Assembly: GCA_963663385.2 (NCBI GenBank)
Contig: CAXXXD010000002.1
Coordinates: 608,001-672,000, forward strand
DNA length: 64,000 nucleotides
Origin: Oceanispirochaeta sp.
GTDB taxonomy: Bacteria > Spirochaetota > Spirochaetia > DSM-2461
Direction: 5' to 3'
The translations under genes were made by a program, and so were the position numbers. Under the pieces are notes generated by a model. The model was not told the DNA's origin. It searched no databases and saw only the letters and a program-made list of their open reading frames with translations. Of the stretch, positions 29,426-38,928 are shown piece after piece; the stretch's first letter is position 1, and every line of letters begins with the position of its first letter.

Positions 29426-30472
29426 ATGAAAGAAATGACCAGCCTGGAGCGATGCCTGGCCGTATTGAATAATGAGAAGCCAGACAGGGTGCCTGTTGTA
29501 CCCCAAACCTTTATGTTTGCGGCAGAAACAGCCGGATTCCGGATCGGAGATATCAACCGGGACGGGAAAAAGATGGCGGAAAGCCACAGGATCAGTCAGG
29601 ATAAATACGGTTATGACGGCTGCTGTATCGATATCGACGACGCGTCCCTGGCGGAAGCCTGCGGAGCCGTCACTCTTTTTACCAACCCGGACGAGCCGGC
29701 CATTACGGATGAACACAATCCCCTTGTTACCGACCTTAGACAGGTGCCCGATCTGAAACTGCCCGATCCCTGGAAGGACGGGCGTTTGCCGGCCTGGCTG
29801 GAAGCGACCGGTTCGCTTGTTGAGTCCATAGGGGATCATGTCTTTATCATGGGCCGGGCCGATCAGGGGCCCTTTGATCTGCTCTGTCTGCTCAGGGGAA
29901 CGGAAAACCTGATGATGGAACTGGTTACGGAAGAGCCGGAGGTTCTCTGGGCCGCTCTGGACTGGTGCCGGGAAGCCTGCCTTCTTTTTGCCAAAGCCCA
30001 GAAGGATGCCGGAGCTCATGCCACATCCATCGGAGATGCCTACGCCGGGCCTAATCTTATCAGCCCCGATATGTACAGACAGTTCGCCCTGGAGCATGAA
30101 ACGACCCTGGCCCGGCAGGTTCAGGAATACGGAATCCCCTGGAGTCTTCATATCTGCGGCGACACTTCCAATATTATTGACGATATGGCCTCCACCGGTG
30201 CCGCTATTCTGGAGGTGGACTGGCAGGTGGATCTGAGAAAGGCAAAGGATATTGTGGGGAACCGCTGTGTTCTGATGGGCAATGTGGATCCCAGCTACCC
30301 ACTGGTCCACGGGACTCCCGCCGATGTGGATGCGAAAGCAAGAGAGGCGATCGAAATTATGGGTGAAAACAGGTTTTTTCTCTCCAGCGGCTGTGCCATG
30401 GGACGGAAGACTCCTCCGGAAAACATGAAAGCCCTGGTGAATGCTGCTGTAAAGTACGGTCAGTTTGAATAG
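29426..30472 (+). CDS. Uroporphyrinogen decarboxylase-family / MtaA-CmuA-type methyltransferase
   Basis: MTSLERCLAVL...PDRVPV, GPFD..LRG, LHICG, LMGNVDP, LSSGC (His/Cys/Cys zinc ligands); start at ATG 29426. Confidence 0.88.
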   Translation: MKEMTSLERCLAVLNNEKPDRVPVVPQTFMFAAETAGFRIGDINRDGKKMAESHRISQDKYGYDGCCIDIDDASLAEACGAVTLFTNPDEPAITDEHNPLVTDLRQVPDLKLPDPWKDGRLPAWLEATGSLVESIGDHVFIMGRADQGPFDLLCLLRGTENLMMELVTEEPEVLWAALDWCREACLLFAKAQKDAGAHATSIGDAYAGPNLISPDMYRQFALEHETTLARQVQEYGIPWSLHICGDTSNIIDDMASTGAAILEVDWQVDLRKAKDIVGNRCVLMGNVDPSYPLVHGTPADVDAKAREAIEIMGENRFFLSSGCAMGRKTPPENMKALVNAAVKYGQFE

Positions 30473-31359
30473 TACTGCCCGGGAGACAATCCTTCCCTCT
30501 TTCTGAACCAGGTGCTGAAGTGGGAGCTGGATTTAAACCCGCAGGAAAAAGCCGTATCCTGTATGGATGATCCTCTGGCCAGGTGCTCCCTGGCTTCATT
30601 CATACGGCATTTTTCATGATACAGGCGCGGTGATAGACCGAATTTTTTCTTAAATGCCCGGGAGAAGTGTTCACTGGAATAACCGATTCTCCCGGCCAGC
30701 TTTCCAAAATCGATCTTCTCTCTGCAGTGACTGTTCAGATACCGGCAGGCATAATCCAGAGGACTGTCTGTCCCGGCCGGCCGGGGGAGGGACAGTCTGA
30801 CAATACCGGTAAAAATCTCCATCAGTTTCTGATAGATCAGCATTTCGCTGAAATCATCCCTGTGATGCAGTTCATGCTCAATACTCTGAAAAAGCCTGTT
30901 GAAATGAGGGACTTTTCTGAATACACAGTGTTTCTGAATCCGGATTTTACGGCTGATGGAAGAGATCTCCTCATTCATCTGGTGGAGTAATTCAACTCTT
31001 CCGCGCGGCAGATCCTTCTCTCTGTTCAGAAGGCGGCAGGGGGGCGTCATATGATTCTCTGCAAGGATAACATCCTCTCCCGTCTGAAATCCAAGCCAGT
31101 AGAAATCTATATTTTCCTGATTATACTGAAATTTATGGACTTCTCCCGGAGGGATGACCCATAAATCATCCTGTTTCAACGAGAGGTATTCCGAGTTTCC
31201 GAACATTTGTGTTTCCGCTTCACCCCTTGTCACATAGATAAGTTCATAACCATAGTGTCTGTGAGGCCCGAAGTGGTTCTTTTCTACCTGATTCGAATAC
31301 CCGAAATGAGTCAGGCGCGGAAGGGCTTTAAGGGGGAATTCCATCTGTTCCCGAGGCAT
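30460..31359 (-). CDS. AraC-family regulator with N-terminal cupin
   Basis: PHRHYGYELIYV cupin; HFSRAFKK...P; CGFKSSSHFSTWFRKREGLSP. Confidence 0.93.
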   Translation of the reverse strand: MPREQMEFPLKALPRLTHFGYSNQVEKNHFGPHRHYGYELIYVTRGEAETQMFGNSEYLSLKQDDLWVIPPGEVHKFQYNQENIDFYWLGFQTGEDVILAENHMTPPCRLLNREKDLPRGRVELLHQMNEEISSISRKIRIQKHCVFRKVPHFNRLFQSIEHELHHRDDFSEMLIYQKLMEIFTGIVRLSLPRPAGTDSPLDYACRYLNSHCREKIDFGKLAGRIGYSSEHFSRAFKKKFGLSPRLYHEKCRMNEAREHLARGSSIQDTAFSCGFKSSSHFSTWFRKREGLSPGQYYSN

Positions 31360-31538
31360 CTTTTTACCTCCTGTGGCTTTCAGTTCAGGGGCAGCCGGAA
31401 GAAATCCCCTGTATTAAGCGGGAATTCCCATGTGCCTGATAGCCTCCGGTCCCTCTCCGTTCAGAGCAGGTTATGAAATATGAACCCCGGAAAAAACCGG
31501 GGAGGAGCAGGACGGTCCGGCTGGTAGGAGCCTGCCGA

Positions 31539-32543
31539 TCAGGACGCGGTTTCCGTTTTTTCGGCCAGACTGCTGATCGTGTTTTTTTCATGTACCACAT
31601 TGAGGAGTACCGCTCCGAGAATCAGTCCGCCTCTTACAACATACTGCCAGTATTCATTAATATTCAGCAGGGTCATGCCGTTAACAAGAACTCCCAGAAA
31701 GATGATTCCGATGAATGTTCCCTTGATGGTACCGCTTCCACCGCTCATACTGGTTCCACCTATTACTACAGCGGATATAACATCCAGTTCCCATCCCTTG
31801 GCCGTCGTGGCTGTTCCCGACATAATCTGGGAGGCCACCATAACTCCGCTCAATGCCATGAGCATGGATGTCAGCCCCATAATCATTACCTTGATACGGG
31901 CTACCCGGATGCCGCTGAGACGGGCAGCTTCCATATTTCCTCCGATGGCATATACGGATCGTCCGAAAGTGGTGGAGGTCATGATGAAATTCACCACAAA
32001 GAATACAATCAGGAAAATTATGGCGGGGAAGGGAATACCCAGCACATACCCGCCTCCCAGAAAATTGTACCACATGGGAAAGGAGGTTATGGGAAATCCC
32101 CCTGTGATCAGATTGGCGAATCCCGATAGAGACGTCATCAGGGCCAGGGTTATAATAAAAGTCGGAACATCGTATCTGTTCCGGATTGCCGCAGAAAAGC
32201 TGCCCAGGGCGAAACCGGCCGTCAGAGCCAGGACGATTCCGCAGATTACCGCCAGAGCGGGAGATACTCCCCCGGCGGTCATAACCTTGACAACCCAGGC
32301 GCTTATACAGCCCGAAAAGGCCACAGCGGACCCGACGCTCAAGTCGATTTCTCCCGCCACCATAACCATTGTCATCCCGAAGGCGATAATCCCCTGCATG
32401 GAGGAGTTTCTAAGGATATTGAGAAAGTTATCAATGGTGAAGAATCCCTTTGCCGTCAGGGACAGGAAAATACAGAGCATTATCAGAATACTCAGAAGCA
32501 TCTGTTTTTTTAAAGGGTTGTTCTCCCTGATCCATTTTATCAT
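31539..32543 (-). CDS. Monosaccharide ABC permease (RbsC-like)
   Basis: GEIDLSVGS, FGRSVYAIGGNMEAARLSGI, ELDVISAVVIGGTS; start at ATG 32543 after GGAGG. Confidence 0.92.
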   Translation of the reverse strand: MIKWIRENNPLKKQMLLSILIMLCIFLSLTAKGFFTIDNFLNILRNSSMQGIIAFGMTMVMVAGEIDLSVGSAVAFSGCISAWVVKVMTAGGVSPALAVICGIVLALTAGFALGSFSAAIRNRYDVPTFIITLALMTSLSGFANLITGGFPITSFPMWYNFLGGGYVLGIPFPAIIFLIVFFVVNFIMTSTTFGRSVYAIGGNMEAARLSGIRVARIKVMIMGLTSMLMALSGVMVASQIMSGTATTAKGWELDVISAVVIGGTSMSGGSGTIKGTFIGIIFLGVLVNGMTLLNINEYWQYVVRGGLILGAVLLNVVHEKNTISSLAEKTETAS

Positions 32544-32545
32544 GG

Positions 32546-34045
32546 TTAAGCCTCCATACACATGGCATAAATTTTTTCTATTGTCATATCTTCGGGATAC
32601 ACTTCATCCACTATACGGCCCTGACGCATAATCAGAATCCTGTGGCAGATCTCCAGAAGCTCTTCCAGCTCCGATGAAACCACGAGGGAGGAGATGCCTT
32701 CCCGGCTGAGGTCCCACATAATCTGGAATATCTGCTGTTTTGCCTGTACATCGATTCCCCGGGACGGTTCATCGTAGATCATCAGGCGGGGATTTGTATT
32801 AAGCCAGTTCCCTACAACAATTTTCTGCTGATTCCCGCCGCTCAGGGAAGAAACGGGCAGATCCCCCCGGGGAACCTTGGCCTGCAGTTTTTCTATGGGA
32901 CCTTTAATATAGGGTTCTTCCATTTTTTTATTGATATAACCGCCGCGGCCGCCCATTGTATCCAATGAGGCCAGGCAGAGGTTTTCGTTTGTTGTCAATA
33001 CCTGAACCAGACCCTCTTCCTTGCGGTTTTCCGGGGTCAGTCCCATACCCAGTTTTTTCATTCTGGCAGGGGAGGGCTGATCTATCAGTGTATTGTTGAA
33101 CAGGATGCTCCCGCTGCTATGGGAGTCTGCGCCGAAGATGGCACGGAGGAGTTCGGTTCTCCCCGATCCGAGCATCCCGGCAATTCCCAGGATCTCCCCT
33201 TTCATAACCTTGAAGCTGATATCTCTGAAATGCTGTCCCCTTGTCAGATCTCTGACTTCCAGGATCGGTTCATCCTGAATCTTCAGGTCCGCAGGGCGTG
33301 TCTTCTGCTCCACTTTGCCAAACATCATATGGACTATTTCTTCAGATGTCACATCGGACATATTTTTTCTGCCGATATAAATGCCATCCCGTATAACGGT
33401 TACGGTGTCGGCTATTTCATTCAGTTCCTGGAGCCGGTGGGATATGTAGAGAATCCCGACTCCCTTTTCTTTTAAGGTTCGTATAACTTTAAAAAGGCTG
33501 TTTACCTCATGCTGAGCCAGGGCTGATGTAGGTTCGTCCAGCATCAGAACTGTCGGGTTGAAACTCATGGCTTTGGCAATTTCCACAACCTGCTGCTGTC
33601 CTACGCTCAGGTATTTCACCGGGCTGGTGACAGGGATATTCACTCCCATTTCATCCAGTACATGCTGGGCTCTCGCATAGGAGGACTTCCAGTCAATTTG
33701 CGAAATCAGGCCGCTCTTTTTATAACTCAATCGTCCAAGGAGGATATTCTCCGCCACTGTCAGATCGGGTATAAGGCTCAGTTCCTGATAAACCGTGGCG
33801 ATCCCCTGACGAAAGGCGTCCAGAGGAGTCTCCATTTTTACTTCTGTATCATTTACCCGGAGGGTTCCACTGGTCGGATGTATGGCGCCGGAAATAATCT
33901 TTATTAGCGTACTTTTCCCGGAGCCGTTTTTACCGATAATGGCATGAACTTTTCCGCCCTCATATGTAACGGAAAAGTTATCCAGTGCAACCGTACCGGG
34001 GTAAACCTTTCGCAGTCCTACTGTTTCCAGTTTATTCTGTTTCAT
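32546..34045 (-). CDS. Monosaccharide ABC ATPase (RbsA-like, two domains)
   Basis: GKNGSGKST, LDEPTSAL, ENRKEEGL, LSGGNQQK, VSSELEE. Confidence 0.93.
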   Translation of the reverse strand: MKQNKLETVGLRKVYPGTVALDNFSVTYEGGKVHAIIGKNGSGKSTLIKIISGAIHPTSGTLRVNDTEVKMETPLDAFRQGIATVYQELSLIPDLTVAENILLGRLSYKKSGLISQIDWKSSYARAQHVLDEMGVNIPVTSPVKYLSVGQQQVVEIAKAMSFNPTVLMLDEPTSALAQHEVNSLFKVIRTLKEKGVGILYISHRLQELNEIADTVTVIRDGIYIGRKNMSDVTSEEIVHMMFGKVEQKTRPADLKIQDEPILEVRDLTRGQHFRDISFKVMKGEILGIAGMLGSGRTELLRAIFGADSHSSGSILFNNTLIDQPSPARMKKLGMGLTPENRKEEGLVQVLTTNENLCLASLDTMGGRGGYINKKMEEPYIKGPIEKLQAKVPRGDLPVSSLSGGNQQKIVVGNWLNTNPRLMIYDEPSRGIDVQAKQQIFQIMWDLSREGISSLVVSSELEELLEICHRILIMRQGRIVDEVYPEDMTIEKIYAMCMEA

Positions 34046-34067
34046 AGATTTCCCCGTATCGGATCTT

Positions 34068-35033
34068 TTATTCTGTCAGTTCTTTCTGCATTTTCAAAAA
34101 CTCTTCAATTCCCTCCGGGTTGCTGCGGGACAGCAGCAGGCCTGGTACGATTACCGTGGGTTCAACGGGCTCGTTCCTGATGGCTTTTACAGCAAACTCT
34201 ATGGCCTGGTAACCAATCTGATAAGGCTGCTGTCCTGTTGTCGCCTGAAGAATATTATCACTGTCTTTCAGGAAGGTAGCCAGCTGTTCACTGGCATCGA
34301 TACCGAATACGGCCATATCTTTACCGGAGTTTTTCACGGCCATTACAGCGCCGACAGTTCCACCGTCGTTGGCGGCATAGATAATATCCAGATCGGGATT
34401 GGCAGTCATAATATCCCCGGCCTTTGCCAGAGCCATTTCGGCCAGCCAGGCATCCTGCTGGGCAACCACTTCCACACCGGGCATATCGGTTATTTCATTT
34501 AAGAATCCATTTACTCTCATATCGGATATTTCCGGAAGCTGTGATTTGAAGGCAAGTGTTGCCACTTTTGCTTTTCCACCCAGCTGTGACTCAATATATT
34601 CTCTGGCCTGCTTACCGGAAGACGCACCCAGTTCGCTCTGGGAGCTGTTGATATAGGAGGCAGGAAAGTCTGCTCCCAGGGGAGAGTTGTAGGTTATAAC
34701 ACTGATTCCCTTGTCATTGGCTCTTTTAAGAGCGGCTACAGAAGCTGTTTCACTGAGAGGAGAAATAACAATGGCATCAACACCCCTTGTTATATAGGTG
34801 TTAACCAGCTCCATTTCCTTCTCGGGCTTGTTATTGCTGTTGGCCAGAAAAAGTTCAACACCCAGGTCATCTGCCGCATCCTGCATCCCTTTCTGGATTA
34901 CATTGAAGAACTGGTCGTCCTGAAATACGATACCCGCAATAGTCAGTTTCTCACTGTCTTCGTTCTGACCTCCCGCCCAAACGGCAGTAGTCAGCAATAA
35001 TATGGCGAGAGCCATCAGTAAAAGTTTTTTCAT
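34068..35033 (-). CDS. Monosaccharide ABC substrate-binding protein (RbsB-like)
   Basis: Signal MKKLLLMALAILLLTTAVWA-GGQ, DAIVISP, IYAANDG, FGIDA; RBS AAAGGAG before ATG 35033. Confidence 0.9.
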   Translation of the reverse strand: MKKLLLMALAILLLTTAVWAGGQNEDSEKLTIAGIVFQDDQFFNVIQKGMQDAADDLGVELFLANSNNKPEKEMELVNTYITRGVDAIVISPLSETASVAALKRANDKGISVITYNSPLGADFPASYINSSQSELGASSGKQAREYIESQLGGKAKVATLAFKSQLPEISDMRVNGFLNEITDMPGVEVVAQQDAWLAEMALAKAGDIMTANPDLDIIYAANDGGTVGAVMAVKNSGKDMAVFGIDASEQLATFLKDSDNILQATTGQQPYQIGYQAIEFAVKAIRNEPVEPTVIVPGLLLSRSNPEGIEEFLKMQKELTE

Positions 35034-35081
35034 TATAAAACTCCTTTGATTTTTTTCCCCTTGGGGCTGACTATCGTAAAA

Positions 35082-35096
35082 ACAAGAAATGGGCCA
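35082..35096 (-). promoter_or_regulatory. Putative sigma-54 (-24/-12) promoter
   Basis: Minus strand TGGCCC-ATTTC-TTGT against consensus TGGCAC-N5-TTGC, about 50 bp before the SBP start. Confidence 0.55.
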
Positions 35097-35226
35097 TTTT
35101 TTCAAAAAAAACATAATAAAATACAAAAAATTTCCTATTTGTTTTCATTATATATAAATAATTTCTTTTCGTACAAACGGGCCAGGGCGCAGGCCTATAA
35201 GCCGGATAGGGTCTTCAAGGTTGCAC

Positions 35227-35266
35227 CGGGTCATTCATGTCCCGGAAAGCGGGTCATTTATGTCCC
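35227..35266. promoter_or_regulatory. Tandem upstream activator sites for the sigma-54 activator
   Basis: CGGGTCATTCATGTCCC (35227-35243) and CGGGTCATTTATGTCCC (35250-35266); each is an imperfect GGGACA-N4-TGTCCC palindrome; 23-bp period. Confidence 0.65.
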
Positions 35267-36676
35267 ACTGCTCTCTGATATCCCGTAGGACTGCAGTTTT
35301 CTGCCAATGGTTTTTCTTGTTATACCAAGCTCTTCAGCTGTCCTTGTTCTGTTAAAATTGTTTTTTGTCAGCGCTTCTGTCAGAATCTGTTTCTCGTATT
35401 GTTCAATTACAGGATTCAGTCTTTCCGACAGGGTTCCTGTTTTCTTAACAGGGCCCCTGTCGTCCCGGGGCAGATCGGTTTTCACGATACTGTCATGATT
35501 TCCCAGAAGCCGTTTAATCTGATCACTATGGATTTCTTCCTTTTCTGTCAGAATAACTATCCGGTTTATCAGATTTTTCAGTTCCCTGATATTCCCCGGC
35601 CAATGATACTCTCTGAGTATCTGAATTTCCTGTTCTCCCAGAGGGAGAATATTCTTTCTATACTGGCGGGCGTACATTTCGATAAAGCTGTTGGCCAGTA
35701 TTCCGATATCCTCTTTTCTCTCCCGTAAAGGGGGCAGGTTGAAGTGAATGACATTCAGCCGGAAAAAAAGGTCCTCCCTGAAGAGATCTTTCCTGATCAG
35801 TGCAGGGATATTATGATTGGTAGCGGCAATAATGTGGGTATCAACTTCTATTCTGTTGTTTCCCCCGAGAGGTTCAAAAGACCGTTCCTCCAGAACCCTG
35901 AGGAACTTGGCCTGGATATCCATACTCATATCTCCCACCTCATCCAGAAACAGGGTCCCCTTATGGGCCAGTTCAAACTTGCCGGACTTATTTTCCACGG
36001 CTCCGGTAAAGGCCCCTTTCCGGTGGCCGAACAACTCGCTGAGCAGAAGGTTATCAGACAGGGCGGCGCTGTTCAGGCCCACAAAATTACTCCGGCTGCG
36101 GTTTCCCGTATTGTGAATATAGCGGGCGAGCACCTCTTTTCCCGTACCGCTCTCACCTGTAATCAGTATATTGGGAGCCAGATCCTTCACCTGATCGGCC
36201 GTTCGGATTATCTCTTTCATTACAGGGCTTTCTGAAATAAACAGGGGCTGCTTACTGCCTTTATTGAGCTCTTCCTTAAGCTGCCTGTTTTCCCGGCGAA
36301 GCTGATGAAGTTCCCTGTTCTTTAAAATGGAATCCAGAACCTTTTCTTTTTCCAGCGGTTTCTGCAGGTAGTCATTCGCCCCCTTCCTGAGGGCTTCGAT
36401 CGCCGTATCCAGCTGGGCAAATCCTGTAATAATCAGTATTACCATGTCCGGATTCTGCTCTTTCAGGGCGTGCATTAAATCCAGTCCGCTCTCTTCATCC
36501 TTCAGGCGGATATCCAGTATGGCTATATCAAAGGTATGATCCCGCATCAGGTTTCCGGCTTCAGTCAGGTTCCCGGCTTCAAAAACGGAAAAACCTTTCC
36601 GGGACAGGAATACTCTCAGACCGAACCTTAATCCTTCTTCATCATCAACTATCAGAATATGTCCTTTCTGTTCCAT
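35258..36676 (-). CDS. Sigma-54-dependent response regulator (NtrC/AtoC family)
   Basis: REC domain, GESGTGKE, ELFGHRKGAFTGA, FLDEVG, WPGNIRELKN, Fis-type HTH. Confidence 0.95.
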   Translation of the reverse strand: MEQKGHILIVDDEEGLRFGLRVFLSRKGFSVFEAGNLTEAGNLMRDHTFDIAILDIRLKDEESGLDLMHALKEQNPDMVILIITGFAQLDTAIEALRKGANDYLQKPLEKEKVLDSILKNRELHQLRRENRQLKEELNKGSKQPLFISESPVMKEIIRTADQVKDLAPNILITGESGTGKEVLARYIHNTGNRSRSNFVGLNSAALSDNLLLSELFGHRKGAFTGAVENKSGKFELAHKGTLFLDEVGDMSMDIQAKFLRVLEERSFEPLGGNNRIEVDTHIIAATNHNIPALIRKDLFREDLFFRLNVIHFNLPPLRERKEDIGILANSFIEMYARQYRKNILPLGEQEIQILREYHWPGNIRELKNLINRIVILTEKEEIHSDQIKRLLGNHDSIVKTDLPRDDRGPVKKTGTLSERLNPVIEQYEKQILTEALTKNNFNRTRTAEELGITRKTIGRKLQSYGISESSGT

Positions 36677-36702
36677 ATATCTCCTTGTCGGGCGTGAATT
36701 CC

Positions 36703-38808
36703 CTAGTCCCTCGGCAGTATCACTGTAAACACGCTGCCTTTTCCGGGATCCGACTGTACCTTGATGGATCCGTGGTACCGGTTTACCAGACCATATACAA
36801 TGGATAATCCCAGTCCGGTCCCCTTTCCCACTGGTTTTGTCGTATAAAAAGGATCAAATATCCTCATCTGGTCCATTTGCGAAATACCGGATCCCGTATC
36901 GCTGACAGATAAAACAAGGCTTTTTTTTCCCGCCCTGTTTTCTTCCGATAATTCCAGATGAGCTTTCCCTCCCGACTCCATTGCCTGTACCGCATTATTC
37001 AGGAGGTTGATTATTACCTGGAGGAGCTCGTCGGGAGGCATGAGGCATTGAAGATCCGTAAATCCCTCTGTTCTGGTATAACTTATACGGGAATACTCTT
37101 TCAAGAGGTATTTCATATAATGGTCAAGTTCGGGCAGCCAATTCGTATCATTTGTATTATCCCCGTTCCGTTCTTTACTCCCTGTAAACCGGAACAGATT
37201 CTGGATAATGGTGGCGATTCTTCTGGTTTCGTTTTTTATCCATTTCAGGGACTCTTCGCCTTCCCTGCTTTTTATCTCTCCCTCGAGATTTTCAACATTC
37301 AGCATGATGGCCCCGAGGGGATTATTAATCTCATGGGCCACTCCGGCGGTTAATATGGATATGGAATTGAGCTTTTCAGCCTGAATCATACGGGATTCCA
37401 TCTCCTCTTTGGATGTAATATCCTCCAGCATGAGAATACAGGAGGATTCGGTTCTGTCCTCTTCTTTGTGAAGCAAATAAAGCCTTACGTCGTAGACTCT
37501 TCCATTGTTTGATTGGCAGATCCTGCTATAGTTGTCCAGCTCGCCGTTCCGTATTCGTTCGAGTTTCTCCTGAAGGGAGGAGTTCCAGAAAGGGAGATTT
37601 TCTGTTACCAGGGGTTTTCCGATGTCTTTTCTGATGAAAAAACGGGAGAAGGCGCTGTTTATTTTGGTAAGACTGTTCTGTCCGTCAATGACAGCAATCC
37701 CCTCCTGGATGGAATCCATAATCTGTTCGTTGTAATCCTTTAAAAAGGTTATTTCCTGTATGTATTTCTGCTGTTTTACCGCATCTTCCTTTAAGCTCCC
37801 GGCCATCATATTGAATCCGTTATAGAGCTGGGTGATTTCCGTTGAGCGTCCTTTGGCATCGACCCTGGGGTAGCTGCCGTTTGTAAGGATACCCATTGCC
37901 GTACACAACTCCTGAATCGGCCTGGTTATGGATTTGGAAAGTCCGAAACTGATGATCACTGCCAGAAACACGCATAGTATGCTTATAAGGAAAAACTGCT
38001 GTTTGATGGCAGCCATTCGCTGTTTCAGGGGAAGGTTGGGAGAAAATATTACGGCGTTTACGGATTTGCCTCTGTCTTCCTGGTGTTCCAGCGGGGTAAT
38101 CAGTATGTTATAGCTTTTATTGTAAAAAATCTGATCGAACCGAAGCCGTTCTCCATTCTGCTGCGGCGGTTCCTTCATCATTTCCCGTATTTTTGAGATG
38201 TAATATTCCGGATCCATTGTACCGGATACCGCTTCCCCTTCATTCATCAGTATTATTCCGGAAACCGTATCATAAGCCAGTTCCTTGCAGAAATCGTTAT
38301 TCAGTTCCTTATACAAATGAAAGAGAAGGGGATCCCTGTTTTCCGGTTCTGTCCGTATTGTTCCTGTCATATACAGGGAACCGTCTTTTTCCAGAATAAC
38401 AACACTGGGATGCCACTTCCCCATGGTTTCGGGAAGCCTGGAAAGCGGGAGTCCTCCATAGGGATTCTGAAGGTTAAGCCCCTCCGTCCTGTTTCCCTGC
38501 GTCATGGTCAGATAATCCAGATTGTCAGTATGAATCTCTTTTATTATCTCCGGCAGTAATTTTTCAAAATCATCAATTGAGGCGTCCTCTAAAAGCGCGG
38601 TATTATCAATATGGACAATGTCCTGCCATACAAGAAAATGGAACTGACTGAAATGGTTGTGGACGACTGTTTTTTCATGAGTCAGGGTTTCTCTGCCATC
38701 CTTGTGGCTTATTCTGGTCAATGACAGGGAGAGGAAGTTAAAGGCCAGTAAAGCCTGAATAAAAACCAGCCCGGTCATAAATAGAAATGTTCTCGTCAGT
38801 ATTTTCAT
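36703..38808 (-). CDS. Membrane sensor histidine kinase (HAMP-PAS-HisKA-HATPase)
   Basis: Two TM helices, AGVAHEINNPL, QVIINLLNNA, FDPFYTTK, GTGLGLS. Confidence 0.93.
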   Translation of the reverse strand: MKILTRTFLFMTGLVFIQALLAFNFLSLSLTRISHKDGRETLTHEKTVVHNHFSQFHFLVWQDIVHIDNTALLEDASIDDFEKLLPEIIKEIHTDNLDYLTMTQGNRTEGLNLQNPYGGLPLSRLPETMGKWHPSVVILEKDGSLYMTGTIRTEPENRDPLLFHLYKELNNDFCKELAYDTVSGIILMNEGEAVSGTMDPEYYISKIREMMKEPPQQNGERLRFDQIFYNKSYNILITPLEHQEDRGKSVNAVIFSPNLPLKQRMAAIKQQFFLISILCVFLAVIISFGLSKSITRPIQELCTAMGILTNGSYPRVDAKGRSTEITQLYNGFNMMAGSLKEDAVKQQKYIQEITFLKDYNEQIMDSIQEGIAVIDGQNSLTKINSAFSRFFIRKDIGKPLVTENLPFWNSSLQEKLERIRNGELDNYSRICQSNNGRVYDVRLYLLHKEEDRTESSCILMLEDITSKEEMESRMIQAEKLNSISILTAGVAHEINNPLGAIMLNVENLEGEIKSREGEESLKWIKNETRRIATIIQNLFRFTGSKERNGDNTNDTNWLPELDHYMKYLLKEYSRISYTRTEGFTDLQCLMPPDELLQVIINLLNNAVQAMESGGKAHLELSEENRAGKKSLVLSVSDTGSGISQMDQMRIFDPFYTTKPVGKGTGLGLSIVYGLVNRYHGSIKVQSDPGKGSVFTVILPRD

Positions 38809-38928
38809 AGAAAGCCATTATGACATGAATCTTACTCCTGCGGAGAAATAGTACTGATTTATACCCATAATTCGGTCTCCTTCTTTCTCTACTTGTCTTT
38901 CTACACCATATTATTTTAATATAAAGTC

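Noticed and set aside
31360..31470. Cobalamin riboswitch upstream of araC (minus strand GGGAA...TCCGGCTGCCCCTGAACTG)
   Set aside because: Only a partial resemblance; no GGTG-AA-TCC hairpin or B12 box, and too little room before the RBS. An Rfam scan would settle it.
31473..32631. 218-aa and 350-aa plus-strand ORFs opposite the sugar permease
   Set aside because: Antisense shadows of a hydrophobic gene; no family features.
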